A DNA stretch of 64,000 bases from an uncultured virus (IMG/VR IMGVR_UViG_3300035188_001343) (Duplodnaviria > Heunggongvirae > Uroviricota > Caudoviricetes), in IMG/VR virus record IMGVR_UViG_3300035188_001343; one strand, 5' to 3'. Below are positions 39,809 to 49,816 of this stretch, piece after piece (the first letter of the stretch is position 1; each line of letters opens with the position of its first letter). Under the pieces are notes generated by a model. The model had not been told where the DNA came from, made no database searches, and was given only the letters and a program-made list of their open reading frames with translations. The position numbers and the translations under genes are program-made.

Positions 39809-40681
39809 TTAAGATTTACGTCGTTTGTTTTTAAATACACTAACTTCAAGTTTATCAGTTTCAAAAGGATATTTTGCCTCTTTATAATAATCTTTTCTGG
39901 CTTTTATATGTTTTCTATCAAAAACCAAGTTCGATGTTAAATCAATAACATTCAAATGTTCTTTTTGACCATCTTTTCTTCTCAACCCTCTACCAATAGA
40001 CTGAATATTTCTCGTAAAACTTTTTCCAGGTGTTGGTGCCAAAATAATATTATTGATATGCACAATGTCTAACCCAGTTGACAAAAGAGAATAAGTTCCC
40101 ACTGCAATATGTTTACCGGCATAAACAAATTCATTGAATTTTTCCTGACGTTTATTCAAATTTAATTTCGAACTAATATAAGTATAATTTAACAAATCAG
40201 CCATTTCTTCTGCAGGCTCAATATTTTTCATCAGAATCAAGGTATTTCCATCTAAAGTATCTACCAACGCCTTAACAAAGTTTCTAAACATGTCATTCGA
40301 TTGTAAAAAAATGGTTTCATCGTGCCAATCGACAAATACATCGATATATTCTGTTGGATACACCAACTCAAAAATGCTAATATGGATGCTTGATAATATG
40401 TTTTGACTCTGTAATTCATGTGCCTTGATATTATAGGTTACTGGTCCAAAACCTGCAGTAAGATTTGCTCTAGATAACGCATCTTTAGGAATTGTACCTG
40501 TTAAACCAATACGCATATATGAATTAACAGCGTTACTCATTATTTGTTGAGCTACATATGCCTTTGCAGTGTGACAATTTTTAACACATATTTCGTTTGC
40601 AAAATAATTATGGTTATCGGCAATATGTAAATTATACACATCACCATCATAATCTATTTCTTCAATTTTTTTAATTTTCAT
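39809..40681 (-). CDS. split intein C-half + UvsW-like SF2 helicase C-terminal part (piece 3)
   Basis: 35-aa IntC MKIKKIEE...VYNLHI...NYFANEICVKN then C+1 H; GLTGT, STGLDI, QSIGRGLR. Confidence 0.88.
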   Translation of the reverse strand: MKIKKIEEIDYDGDVYNLHIADNHNYFANEICVKNCHTAKAYVAQQIMSNAVNSYMRIGLTGTIPKDALSRANLTAGFGPVTYNIKAHELQSQNILSSIHISIFELVYPTEYIDVFVDWHDETIFLQSNDMFRNFVKALVDTLDGNTLILMKNIEPAEEMADLLNYTYISSKLNLNKRQEKFNEFVYAGKHIAVGTYSLLSTGLDIVHINNIILAPTPGKSFTRNIQSIGRGLRRKDGQKEHLNVIDLTSNLVFDRKHIKARKDYYKEAKYPFETDKLEVSVFKNKRRKS

Positions 40682-40698
40682 ATTTTACTCTCAAACCA

Positions 40699-41673
40699 TC
40701 AGTAATCAGATGAATTAAAACTGATTACATCATCATCGGTAGTTAAACAATCAACACGAATCCAACCTTGTTGGGTTAACACCTCATGATTTCCAGTTAA
40801 TCTTATAATGGAACCATCTACCATCGTCAATTGAAACATTTTCTGGTTTTCCGATTTCTTCAAATTTTTATGTATTTTAATAACGGGTTTATCTTCAATT
40901 GTATTGTTCGTTTCATTTAATGTTTTAACCAAATCCCCAACGGTTATCTCATCAATTCTTTTCTCTGAATTATCGGACATTTTAATCATACTGCCTGGGT
41001 GTAAACATTCATCCCATATAACACATTCAAAATCCTTAATAAATGATCTGTTGTTTTGTAATGTTTGCCAGGTAGCAACAATATTATGGGCTTCTTCATT
41101 TTTACCACTGCCAAACATACCCACTGGAATTTCAAACTGTTTTATATATTCGGCAGTTTGTTTCAATAGTGATGATGAAGGTACAACAATTATCACACGC
41201 ATGTTTAATTTGTTTGCATATTTAACAATTGCTGAGGTTAATAATGTATTGTGGTGAATAAAACCCATCGAGCATCGATATAGATGCTCCGGACTATCCA
41301 CTTCAATGTCAAACACATCTACTACAGTATCATTTATCTTGATACCAGTAATAATTTGTTCAACGTCATCTCCAATGACGTTTAATTTATCACCAACAGA
41401 TAATAAATCGGCAAATACAAGGTTTTTATCTTGCAACTGTATTAAATGTTTATTCGCACAACACACTGTATGTACATTGTTTATTGTCAATTCAACAGTT
41501 TTAGCAGTCTTTTTTATCAATCCCTTTACTGGCACCCAATTGTTTAACTCGTTCTGAATTTGAATTGGTGTGGATTGAAAATATTCTGTATCATAAATGA
41601 ATTCAACACCTTCTTCTAATGCTATCAATTCAAATAGATTGTTGTACGTAATTTCGACTTCTTTTAATCCCAT
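40699..41673 (-). CDS. IntC + UvsW-like helicase middle extein + IntN (piece 2)
   Basis: Long IntC ending FIHHN (41248); 80-aa extein TLL...VVPS...ATWQ...IWDE; IntN from CLHPGS (41007) with TGNH. Confidence 0.88.
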   Translation of the reverse strand: MGLKEVEITYNNLFELIALEEGVEFIYDTEYFQSTPIQIQNELNNWVPVKGLIKKTAKTVELTINNVHTVCCANKHLIQLQDKNLVFADLLSVGDKLNVIGDDVEQIITGIKINDTVVDVFDIEVDSPEHLYRCSMGFIHHNTLLTSAIVKYANKLNMRVIIVVPSSSLLKQTAEYIKQFEIPVGMFGSGKNEEAHNIVATWQTLQNNRSFIKDFECVIWDECLHPGSMIKMSDNSEKRIDEITVGDLVKTLNETNNTIEDKPVIKIHKNLKKSENQKMFQLTMVDGSIIRLTGNHEVLTQQGWIRVDCLTTDDDVISFNSSDY

Positions 41674-41814
41674 CAAATAAATTCCCTAAATTCAATATTT
41701 ATTCATATAAATTAATATTTTACAATATTTTCTACAAAAATAGTCGAAGCTCATCAATATAATTCAACCTGGGTAGTATAAATAAGTTAAAATTAATTAA
41801 TAAGGAAGCATAAA

Positions 41815-42171
41815 ATGATTATTGTATTTGATAAAGATGTAGATAAAAATATAACAGATATTTACACTACAGACACTTCAGTGGACGCAACTAAAGTTTT
41901 TTGGAGTTCATTAGGTAGTTCGGTATGGGTAATCGATGAGAAAAATTTCAAAATTATGATTTGTACTGACAGTGTTACAATAACGTTCAATAGTAAAGAT
42001 GCGTTAGAACCATATATTACACAAAGAAAATTATTGGCACCAAATTGGATTTATCCAACTATAAAATATAATACCGATCCATACTATGATTTACCTAAAA
42101 CTGGTGTTATTGAACATCATGTTTATAAAAATACAGATGTTGAAGCAGATTTGAAAAAAAATATGTTATAA
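41815..42171 (+). CDS. hypothetical protein
   Basis: AAGGA SD. Confidence 0.55.
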   Translation: MIIVFDKDVDKNITDIYTTDTSVDATKVFWSSLGSSVWVIDEKNFKIMICTDSVTITFNSKDALEPYITQRKLLAPNWIYPTIKYNTDPYYDLPKTGVIEHHVYKNTDVEADLKKNML

Positions 42172-42209
42172 TATATAACTAAACATTAATATTATTAGGG
42201 ATAATTATC

Positions 42210-43019
42210 ATGTTGTTAGTAGATTTAAATGAAGAAGCAAAAGAAAAAGTTTTAAAAGGATTAGGGTTATCATTAACCAAAATTAAAACGTTCGATGGAT
42301 GTAATTACAAGTATTACTTACAATATATTCTCAAAGAACCATACGATAAAGCTGCCTTCAATCCAAAGTATTTCAAAATTGGTCAGTTTGCACATAAATG
42401 GATTGAAAGTGAAATAAAAGGAGTGGTGTGTGATTTTGATTCCTCAACACTAACCGATGAAGATAAACAAAAAACTATCGGTAATTGTGCTAAGGTATTC
42501 CAAAACGAGTATATTAAAAGTATTATTGATAAAGGTGAACCAGAAAAAGAGTTTTCCTTATATATCACACCAACCGAATCGGATGGATTAGAAGCAAAAC
42601 CTACATTCTTAAAAAACGCAGATTTTCATGGGTATATTGACTATTACGCGAAGATTGGTGATACGATACACATCATTGATTGGAAAACAGGGGGTTATAA
42701 AAAAAATACCGATGATGATACATTTATGCAGTTATTTTTATACGCTAAAGCTTGTCAAAAATTAGATGATGGAAATAACTTTGTGTTGAGTTACTATTAT
42801 TTAGATCACGCAAAGATTGTTACGCAGGAACTAAGTATTTCTGAATTAGATGCAAAGATTGAAGCGGTTGTTAAAAAAGGCATAACTATTCCAACGAAAA
42901 ATGATGAAAGTTTATTTCCTGCATCACCTAGTTGGGCGTGTAAACTTTGTCCATATTCTAAAGTAAGAAGTAGTGATAATATCATACCTTGTAAATTCAC
43001 AATACAACAAACAACATAA
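42210..43019 (+). CDS. Cas4/AddB-like PD-(D/E)XK exonuclease
   Basis: N-terminal C, GYID, IIDWKTG, QLFLY, C-terminal CKLC...C. Confidence 0.8.
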   Translation: MLLVDLNEEAKEKVLKGLGLSLTKIKTFDGCNYKYYLQYILKEPYDKAAFNPKYFKIGQFAHKWIESEIKGVVCDFDSSTLTDEDKQKTIGNCAKVFQNEYIKSIIDKGEPEKEFSLYITPTESDGLEAKPTFLKNADFHGYIDYYAKIGDTIHIIDWKTGGYKKNTDDDTFMQLFLYAKACQKLDDGNNFVLSYYYLDHAKIVTQELSISELDAKIEAVVKKGITIPTKNDESLFPASPSWACKLCPYSKVRSSDNIIPCKFTIQQTT

Positions 43020-43069
43020 TATATTGTATAATTTATTAAATTAATTTAACTCAGAGATAGAAAAAAATA

Positions 43070-43807
43070 ATGAACCAAATTGACGATACTGAATATGATG
43101 ATATGATTGCATCTGAGCATTATTCAAAAAGAAAATCTAAATCTGATCGTGAAAAATCACATGTTATAGATGTTGAACATAGAGAAAGAGTGCTGTTATC
43201 ACAATTACTGAATAATGCCGAATTGTTTATTAAAGGTATCGCATTCTTAGAAAAAGATTTTTTTGAATCCAAAATAAACAGACTCATTGTTGGATTTATA
43301 AAAAATTATTACGAAAATTACAAAAGTATTCCACCAGAAGATGCCATTTTGATTGAATTAGGTATTGATGATGCTCGACATGATTGGTTGGATGTAGAAA
43401 AACAATGGCCATCCGAATACTTAGAAGATTATTTAAATGCTTTCATAAAAAATATGAGTATGAAAGGGGCAATTGAGGATTCTATCGAGTTACTCGAATC
43501 GGAAGATTATGGGGCAATTGAAAAGAAAATTAAAGATGCTGTTAATGTTGACTTAGATATTAAATTGGGTGTTACTATTGACAATGATAAAGCGGGATTT
43601 AAAAATTTGTTTGATATGTTGACATCACAAGAAGCAACAATTCCAACAGGATGGGATAATGTTGATGAGAAATTAGATGGTGGCGTAACTGTTCCATCAC
43701 TAAATTATATTCTAGCTAAAAGTGGTGGTGGTAAATGTGTTTTTCACGATACATTAGTAACCATCAAAGTATCAAAAGATCTTTATAACCGACTTTTAGA
43801 AGCTTAA
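43070..43807 (+). CDS. DnaB/gp41-like replicative helicase N-extein + 23-aa intein N-half (piece 1)
   Basis: IPTGWDNVDEKLDGG, AKSGGGK then CVFHDTLVTIK... (43736) and stop. Confidence 0.85.
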   Translation: MNQIDDTEYDDMIASEHYSKRKSKSDREKSHVIDVEHRERVLLSQLLNNAELFIKGIAFLEKDFFESKINRLIVGFIKNYYENYKSIPPEDAILIELGIDDARHDWLDVEKQWPSEYLEDYLNAFIKNMSMKGAIEDSIELLESEDYGAIEKKIKDAVNVDLDIKLGVTIDNDKAGFKNLFDMLTSQEATIPTGWDNVDEKLDGGVTVPSLNYILAKSGGGKCVFHDTLVTIKVSKDLYNRLLEA

Positions 43808-43813
43808 ACAGGT

Positions 43814-43844
43814 TGGGGAGTTTTCATTAAACTCCCCACTTTTT
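43814..43844. terminator. terminator after helicase piece 1
   Basis: TGGGGAGTTT-TCATT-AAACTCCCCA + T tract. Confidence 0.7.
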
Positions 43845-45027
43845 AACAATTCAACCAGTTTAACCTGTCATTAATTATTTTGAGAATGAAATCTCTATTT
43901 TTTTCAAGTGGAACAGAACTCCAAATTTCAAAAACATCAAAATTATTAGATTCTTTCAATAATCTATGTTTAGTAAGATCATACTCTCTAACTTCTTCGG
44001 CGGTTTTTAAATTATAAGGCTGTTGCCAATTAATCCATTTTTCTAAATCATTTTCTAACCATTTTGGGTTCGGATGAAATACCTCACCATTATATTCAAA
44101 ACACAAATTCAATTCTGGTATTGTCAAATCAAATAACCACCATCTATTATCGACAAAAATTCTAAATTCCGTATTTTCATCTTCACCAAAATAGTAATCA
44201 ATATCACAGGATTTTAAATAATCTAATATTGGTTGGAAACACAAAATTGATTCTTTCGATGCCTTTCCAATGGTTGAATATTTTTCTTTTTTCTTACTTT
44301 CATTGAACGCATGTAAATTAAACTGCCACCTTTCCTGTCTTTCTTCCCATCTTTTTAAACCATCTATTTCACCATATTTTGCAATGCATTTTTCTTTTGA
44401 AAAAGTAGTTTGTCTTTCAGTTACTTTTTTTAATGCATCTTCTTCAGAATATCCTTGATTAACCCAGTAAAATTTCGTATTAGGCATTTTCTTAGCCCAA
44501 TTTTCATATTCGATTTCTCGTTGTTTTGCTTGTTTGATATTTGTACTGTCTGCCCCTTTCTTTGCAATTTCTGAAACCTTAACTTTAGCTTCTTTTTCAG
44601 AATAACCCAAACCAATCCAATAACTGACATTGAATGTTGAGATACTTCGTTTCCTTTTGATTTCATCCCAAATTCTTTTTCCTTCTATTTCACCAAATTT
44701 GTCAATGTAATTATTTGCAGTTTGAGAATATTTTTTTCTATTTGAAATTTCGGTCCAATATTCCTTTCCAGCTTCTTCACCCATCATTAAAATATATCGG
44801 TCCCTAGTAATCGCATTTCCTAACAATTTTAATTTTTCCAATCTATCAACCCAATTTTGTAAATCATATTTCACAAAATACGCAACATTCTTACAATTCA
44901 CATTTCTAATTCGTCCAAAAATTTGTTCTAGTTCTAGAATTTGTGATTCGTGAGTAACTGTCAATTTAAAATCATTTCCCAGAACTGATATTACTTCGGG
45001 TAGTTCATTAAACTTTTTCTTTCTCAC
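43843..45027 (-). CDS. free-standing homing-endonuclease-like protein between helicase pieces
   Basis: KYGEIEG / GYSEEEA repeats; FDL...FEYNGEVFH; DxxK; EIWS. Confidence 0.7.
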   Translation of the reverse strand: MRKKKFNELPEVISVLGNDFKLTVTHESQILELEQIFGRIRNVNCKNVAYFVKYDLQNWVDRLEKLKLLGNAITRDRYILMMGEEAGKEYWTEISNRKKYSQTANNYIDKFGEIEGKRIWDEIKRKRSISTFNVSYWIGLGYSEKEAKVKVSEIAKKGADSTNIKQAKQREIEYENWAKKMPNTKFYWVNQGYSEEDALKKVTERQTTFSKEKCIAKYGEIDGLKRWEERQERWQFNLHAFNESKKKEKYSTIGKASKESILCFQPILDYLKSCDIDYYFGEDENTEFRIFVDNRWWLFDLTIPELNLCFEYNGEVFHPNPKWLENDLEKWINWQQPYNLKTAEEVREYDLTKHRLLKESNNFDVFEIWSSVPLEKNRDFILKIINDRLNWLNC

Positions 45028-45189
45028 GCGTATTTCTCCAAGTTATTCTTTGATAGCTCTTTTAATTACTCAGTCTTTAACTATCATTTTTTCCTTAATG
45101 ATTTTTTTCAAACGAAGGTGTAATTGTGGTGAAATTGTAAATCCACCTTTAACTCTTTTTTTAGTATCATCGATTTTTGGTTTGGATAT
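45025..45189 (-). pseudogene. degenerate ribbon-helix-helix-like small gene
   Basis: SD GGAG, ATA in place of ATG, SKPKIDDTKKRVKGGFTISPQLHLRLKK...KD*VIKRAIKE with internal TGA and a 3' frameshift. Confidence 0.4.
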
Positions 45190-45286
45190 TTTCTTCTCCA
45201 AATTTATTTTTTGATAGTATAATATATTTTAGTATTATTATACATTTGTTTACACAACCTTAATATTTTTTTATCAACGTTATGAG

Positions 45287-45676
45287 ATGATGCTTATGCT
45301 TAAAGAACTTTTAGAAATGGTCGTAGTGAAAATAATGAAATTTGATAAAGAACATGATTTAACCCTTTTAGAAAGCACAAATGAAAATGCCTTATTAAAG
45401 GTAAAGTTTAATGATGTTGATTGTGGACTTTTGATGCTGACAACTGATTGTGATTTGAATCGAAAAGCAATAATACTTTCAAATACAATTAAGAATACCA
45501 TTTTTGATTTTTTTATTTTGATGAATGTTGATAACATTATAGTAATGTTTACAGATCATCAAGGGAATTTGTTCCCACAACACATTTCAACAAAAAATGA
45601 AAATATGGTAGAATTAGTTTGTAGTAAACCTTTTCTAAAAAACCTTATAGCAAATCGCGGAGTTGAATATCTATGA
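45287..45676 (+). CDS. hypothetical protein
   Basis: ORF ATGA-coupled to helicase piece 2; true start probably downstream. Confidence 0.5.
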   Translation: MMLMLKELLEMVVVKIMKFDKEHDLTLLESTNENALLKVKFNDVDCGLLMLTTDCDLNRKAIILSNTIKNTIFDFFILMNVDNIIVMFTDHQGNLFPQHISTKNENMVELVCSKPFLKNLIANRGVEYL

Positions 45677-46857
45677 ATGTTATCGAAAACACTGAAAATG
45701 ATGTAGAAATCCAGTTAACAATGGGTGAACTATTTGAAAAAATGGAAAAATTAAGAAATCTCAAATTTTCTGATACCGATGATGATGAACAAATTCTAGG
45801 AATTGATGAACAATTCAAAATAAGAAACGAACACAATGAGTGGATCGATGTTATTGGTATGGTAACAAAGTTTGATTCAGTAGATGAAATTACGTTCGAA
45901 TCTGGAAACAAATTGAGAGCATCCCCAAAACATATACTTGCCTATGATAAACTACATACCAAATATCTAAAAGACTGTAAGGTGGGTGATAAAATAAAAA
46001 AAGCTGATGATGAATTTGACACTATTGTTTCGATAAACAACATTAGTAATAGAGGGAAACTGTATGATCTACAAGTCGCATCAGATACTCACCTGTACCA
46101 AACATCCGATGGTTTAATTCATCATAATTCTATCGGTTTAGTTAATCTTAGTTGGAATTACATTCAACAAGGAAAAGATGTAATTTACATTTCATTAGAA
46201 TTAAAAGAAGCTAAAATTATTAAAAGGTATATTACTCATTCCACAAAAATAAAAACCTTCGATATTCCGAATAAAGAATTTGAAATTTTTAACCATCTTA
46301 AAAAATGTGATGAAAAAGGTTATGGTAGGTTTACAACTCATTTTTACCAACCAAATACATTAACATCAATGAAGTTGGAATTGTTTATAAGACATTACAT
46401 ACAAAAATACAGCACTGTGCCAGTAATTGTAGTAGATTACGCAGGTTTAATGATTCCCAATACCAAAGGATGGCAAGGTATGTTTGAGCGAGACAAGTAT
46501 GTTTCGGAAGAATTGAGAGGTGTTGCTACTCTATTTAACACAGTAGTATGGTCGGCAGACCAATACAACCGGTGTATTGCGTTTGGTGAAACTGTAGAAA
46601 CACCAACAGGTAAAAAAAATATAGAAGATATTGTAATTGGTGATAAAGTTTTGGGTACTAATAATGAATTCAGATTAGTAACCGATGTTACCGAACCCGA
46701 TGAACAAGAAGTTTATGAAATTACTACTAAAAGTGGTAAGAAAGTAGTAGTATCGGGCAGACATATTTTTCCTAAATATGTTGATGGAAAAATAATAGAT
46801 GACAATATTTTTTGCACCCTTAAAGTTGGTGATTCGATTTATGTAAATGGGGATTAG
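45673..46857 (+). CDS. IntC + DnaB-like helicase middle extein + IntN (piece 2)
   Basis: 152-aa IntC ending LIHHN (46128); extein SIGL...YISLE...VVDYAG...SADQYNR; IntN from CIAFGE (46573) with SGRH. Confidence 0.88.
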   Translation: MNVIENTENDVEIQLTMGELFEKMEKLRNLKFSDTDDDEQILGIDEQFKIRNEHNEWIDVIGMVTKFDSVDEITFESGNKLRASPKHILAYDKLHTKYLKDCKVGDKIKKADDEFDTIVSINNISNRGKLYDLQVASDTHLYQTSDGLIHHNSIGLVNLSWNYIQQGKDVIYISLELKEAKIIKRYITHSTKIKTFDIPNKEFEIFNHLKKCDEKGYGRFTTHFYQPNTLTSMKLELFIRHYIQKYSTVPVIVVDYAGLMIPNTKGWQGMFERDKYVSEELRGVATLFNTVVWSADQYNRCIAFGETVETPTGKKNIEDIVIGDKVLGTNNEFRLVTDVTEPDEQEVYEITTKSGKKVVVSGRHIFPKYVDGKIIDDNIFCTLKVGDSIYVNGD

Positions 46858-48380
46858 TCCCCATTTAAAAATTTGTTACATGATTCAATAACATTTTGTT
46901 GATTATTTTTGTAATCATTTTCCCAAACCACTTTCACATCGAAACCTCGGTTTTCTAAAATTTTAACTCTCAATGCGTCATGTTTTCTTTTTTCAAACAC
47001 TGTTAAATTATCACATGGAAGTACATAGTTATCATCGTAAAAATCTGGGTTTCCATGCCAAAAATCACCGTAAAACTCAATGATTTTATTTCCCAAAAGA
47101 AAATCTGGGCGGATAAACATTTTTTTTAGAATTCGATATTCATCAACAGTTAAAGAAATGAGTTCTTCATTGTCTCCAAATTTTGCATGGTTACAATCTA
47201 ACTTGGTGAACAAATCAAAGGAAATCATTGAATAACTTTTTGATAGTTTCGATTGATGTTCGTTCCACCGATTAGTGCCTTCCACATTACCGTAAAGCCT
47301 AATGTAATTTTTCAAGGTATATTTTTCACGTTGATTCACCTGCATATCACTAAACGCCTCTACACCTTTTTGTTCACCAAACAACTCAATTTTTCTTTCC
47401 AATGTTAAATTACCTGCATTGTGGTTACATCGATTCTTAAATTTTTCTTTCCCTACTAGCAATCCATACTTTGCAATGTAGCCTTTTTCCGAATTTGCAA
47501 ATGAAATCTTTTCTCGATACTCTTTCCATTTTCTCAACCCTTCTTCTACACCATATTTTTCAATTAATCGATTTTCCGATATAGTACACCTCAATTTCTT
47601 TTCTTCAAATCTTCGCAATCCTTCAATTTCACCAAATCGTAAAATATGAATTTCTTTTGATGATGCATCTGTTTTCAAATGAGCTAGTAACCTATCAAAT
47701 CGGTCTAAATAATTATCATCTACCCCATATTTCACCCAATATGCTAAATTTTTTTTCCTATCATCGGTAACTGTTCTTTTCTCTAATACCTCAGTAACTT
47801 TTAATTCCATTTCTCGACTAATTATGGTGTCATCCAAAATATGTTTGACGGTTTTTCGATTCTTCCATCTGTCAAAAAGAGTATTACACTGCTTAATATT
47901 GTTCACACCATACTTTTCAATGTTTGTTCTTTCTACCTTATATTTAATTTTTTTAGATGCGAAACCTAAACCACCACACGATTTCACTGTTGATTCTTTT
48001 CGTTTTAATTTAATTTTTTCAGATGAATACATACATCCCCTCGAACAAAATTCATCATACCCCTCTTTTGGGCTTCTAAATTTAGTTGATTTTCCACACT
48101 CACAAATATTGGGTGTCATACTCAATCGCAAACAATATAATCTTTCCGATATAGTGCTACAATCAACCAAGTATGAAGTCATATTAACTAATTCCATAAC
48201 TAGTTCACGATTTTTTACCTTGTTTTTGTTGTATGGTTTTGAAATACCGCTCGGGTAAAACTCTTTTAATATCTCTTCGCTTGTCATACCAAAAAACCTA
48301 TTTTCAATCACATTTGGTAAATATTTTACATTTTTTATAGTATAATATAATAAACATTTTGAATTATAATGGTCACACAA
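46854..48380 (-). CDS. free-standing homing-endonuclease-like protein
   Basis: CECG...FCSRGC, KYG repeats, RPDF...IEFYGDFWHGNP, VVWE; true start may be internal. Confidence 0.7.
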   Translation of the reverse strand: MCDHYNSKCLLYYTIKNVKYLPNVIENRFFGMTSEEILKEFYPSGISKPYNKNKVKNRELVMELVNMTSYLVDCSTISERLYCLRLSMTPNICECGKSTKFRSPKEGYDEFCSRGCMYSSEKIKLKRKESTVKSCGGLGFASKKIKYKVERTNIEKYGVNNIKQCNTLFDRWKNRKTVKHILDDTIISREMELKVTEVLEKRTVTDDRKKNLAYWVKYGVDDNYLDRFDRLLAHLKTDASSKEIHILRFGEIEGLRRFEEKKLRCTISENRLIEKYGVEEGLRKWKEYREKISFANSEKGYIAKYGLLVGKEKFKNRCNHNAGNLTLERKIELFGEQKGVEAFSDMQVNQREKYTLKNYIRLYGNVEGTNRWNEHQSKLSKSYSMISFDLFTKLDCNHAKFGDNEELISLTVDEYRILKKMFIRPDFLLGNKIIEFYGDFWHGNPDFYDDNYVLPCDNLTVFEKRKHDALRVKILENRGFDVKVVWENDYKNNQQNVIESCNKFLNGD

Positions 48381-48931
48381 TGAAAATCATACAGCATCCA
48401 GATACCTATATATGTGAAATATGTGGGGCAGAATATAAACGAAAAGAATTAGCAGAATATTGTGAAAATTTCAACCTATCCACATCAGAAATATCGATTG
48501 GGGATACTATTTTAGTTGAAAGTCGTTATGATGGTTACTTTGAAGAAAAAGTTACCGATGTATTGTTAAAAAGCACACAGGTATTCATTAGACAGGATGA
48601 TGAACAAGATATAATTACTCATCGAGATGGCACCAAATATACCCCATTAGAATGGGTTAAAAAATTTGATTTGCAACCACATAAATGGGTCATAATAACA
48701 GAAAACGATATTGAAATTTGTAAAAATGGTTCTACCAGCAACGAATGGTATGAAAGTGAGGTAGTAGATTTAAAAAAATGTCAGTGGGTTGATGATTATG
48801 AATCAATGCCACAGGAATGTATTGTTAAATGGTTTGAAAATGGAATTATTACAATTCGAAATAGTGGTAAGGAACATTATAAACAACACTGGTCTTATAA
48901 AACAACTTTTATTGCATGGTTGAAAAAATAA
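48380..48931 (+). CDS. hypothetical protein with Zn-finger-like N-terminus
   Basis: YICEICG...AEYCE. Confidence 0.55.
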   Translation: MKIIQHPDTYICEICGAEYKRKELAEYCENFNLSTSEISIGDTILVESRYDGYFEEKVTDVLLKSTQVFIRQDDEQDIITHRDGTKYTPLEWVKKFDLQPHKWVIITENDIEICKNGSTSNEWYESEVVDLKKCQWVDDYESMPQECIVKWFENGIITIRNSGKEHYKQHWSYKTTFIAWLKK

Positions 48932-48932
48932 T

Positions 48933-49349
48933 ATGGAAACTGATAATGACATTTTAGAAAAATATTACACAATAAAAAAAGATAATAAAAATTATCTCGG
49001 TTATTACAACGATGATGAAACATATGTGTTATGTATGGCACAAACAATGGGAATGGTGAAATATGATTTACTGAATAGACACATAATTGGAAAGTATTTT
49101 GGTGCTACCGAGGCATTAAATATCACGTTACAGAAAGATAATTATCAAAATTCTACATTTGTTGAATTGCTTGATGATGTTTATAAACTCATACAAGAAA
49201 CCCTTGATAGTCCAAATTGCGATTATTCATGTAAATTTCCTATATCTGAAAAAAATACCAATAGTGTGTTAAAAGTATGTAAGTATTTGAATAAAAAAGG
49301 ATTCAAAACCACCTTTAACAAACGATTTTTAACAATTATGTGGCTTTAA
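48933..49349 (+). CDS. hypothetical protein
   Basis: ORF. Confidence 0.5.
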   Translation: METDNDILEKYYTIKKDNKNYLGYYNDDETYVLCMAQTMGMVKYDLLNRHIIGKYFGATEALNITLQKDNYQNSTFVELLDDVYKLIQETLDSPNCDYSCKFPISEKNTNSVLKVCKYLNKKGFKTTFNKRFLTIMWL

Positions 49350-49368
49350 ACTTTTTAGGAGTTTGTGA

Positions 49369-49755
49369 ATGAACGTAGAATTTAACCAAAACGTCGAAAA
49401 ATTAACTACTTATATTTTAGAAAGTGAAGAGGACCATTTTTTAGAAACTGTTGGTATTGAATCAATAGAACAATACACAAACACCGAAAATTTCAATCAC
49501 ATATATCAAAATGCTCATAAGATTAGACAACTATTAAATGAAGGAAAATCCGTTAGAGGTGTTAACGTTGAATTAGTTGCATTTGCCTTATCAAGAAGAA
49601 TAGTAGATGAATATGATTCACACTTAGAAGAAACAACACATATTTTACAAAATTCTTTATACACAATGTTACTTGATAACCCAGATGAATGTGAACGGCT
49701 GTGGAGTATTGGCATTATTGAAGAAGATTATTTTGACGACATTCTATTTGGATAA
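49369..49755 (+). CDS. hypothetical protein
   Basis: AGGAG SD; ends DDILFG. Confidence 0.6.
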   Translation: MNVEFNQNVEKLTTYILESEEDHFLETVGIESIEQYTNTENFNHIYQNAHKIRQLLNEGKSVRGVNVELVAFALSRRIVDEYDSHLEETTHILQNSLYTMLLDNPDECERLWSIGIIEEDYFDDILFG

Positions 49756-49766
49756 TCAAAGTCAAT

Positions 49767-49810
49767 TCTGTTGAATCTTAGGATAATAAGATACTCTAAG
49801 ATTCAACAGA
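49767..49810. terminator. bidirectional terminator
   Basis: 15-bp inverted repeat TCTGTTGAATCTTAG / CTAAGATTCAACAGA. Confidence 0.7.
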
Positions 49811-49816
49811 CTAAAA

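Noticed and set aside
42210..43019. Cas4-like genes as part of a CRISPR-Cas locus
   Set aside because: No cas1/cas2, effector genes or array are seen in the window.
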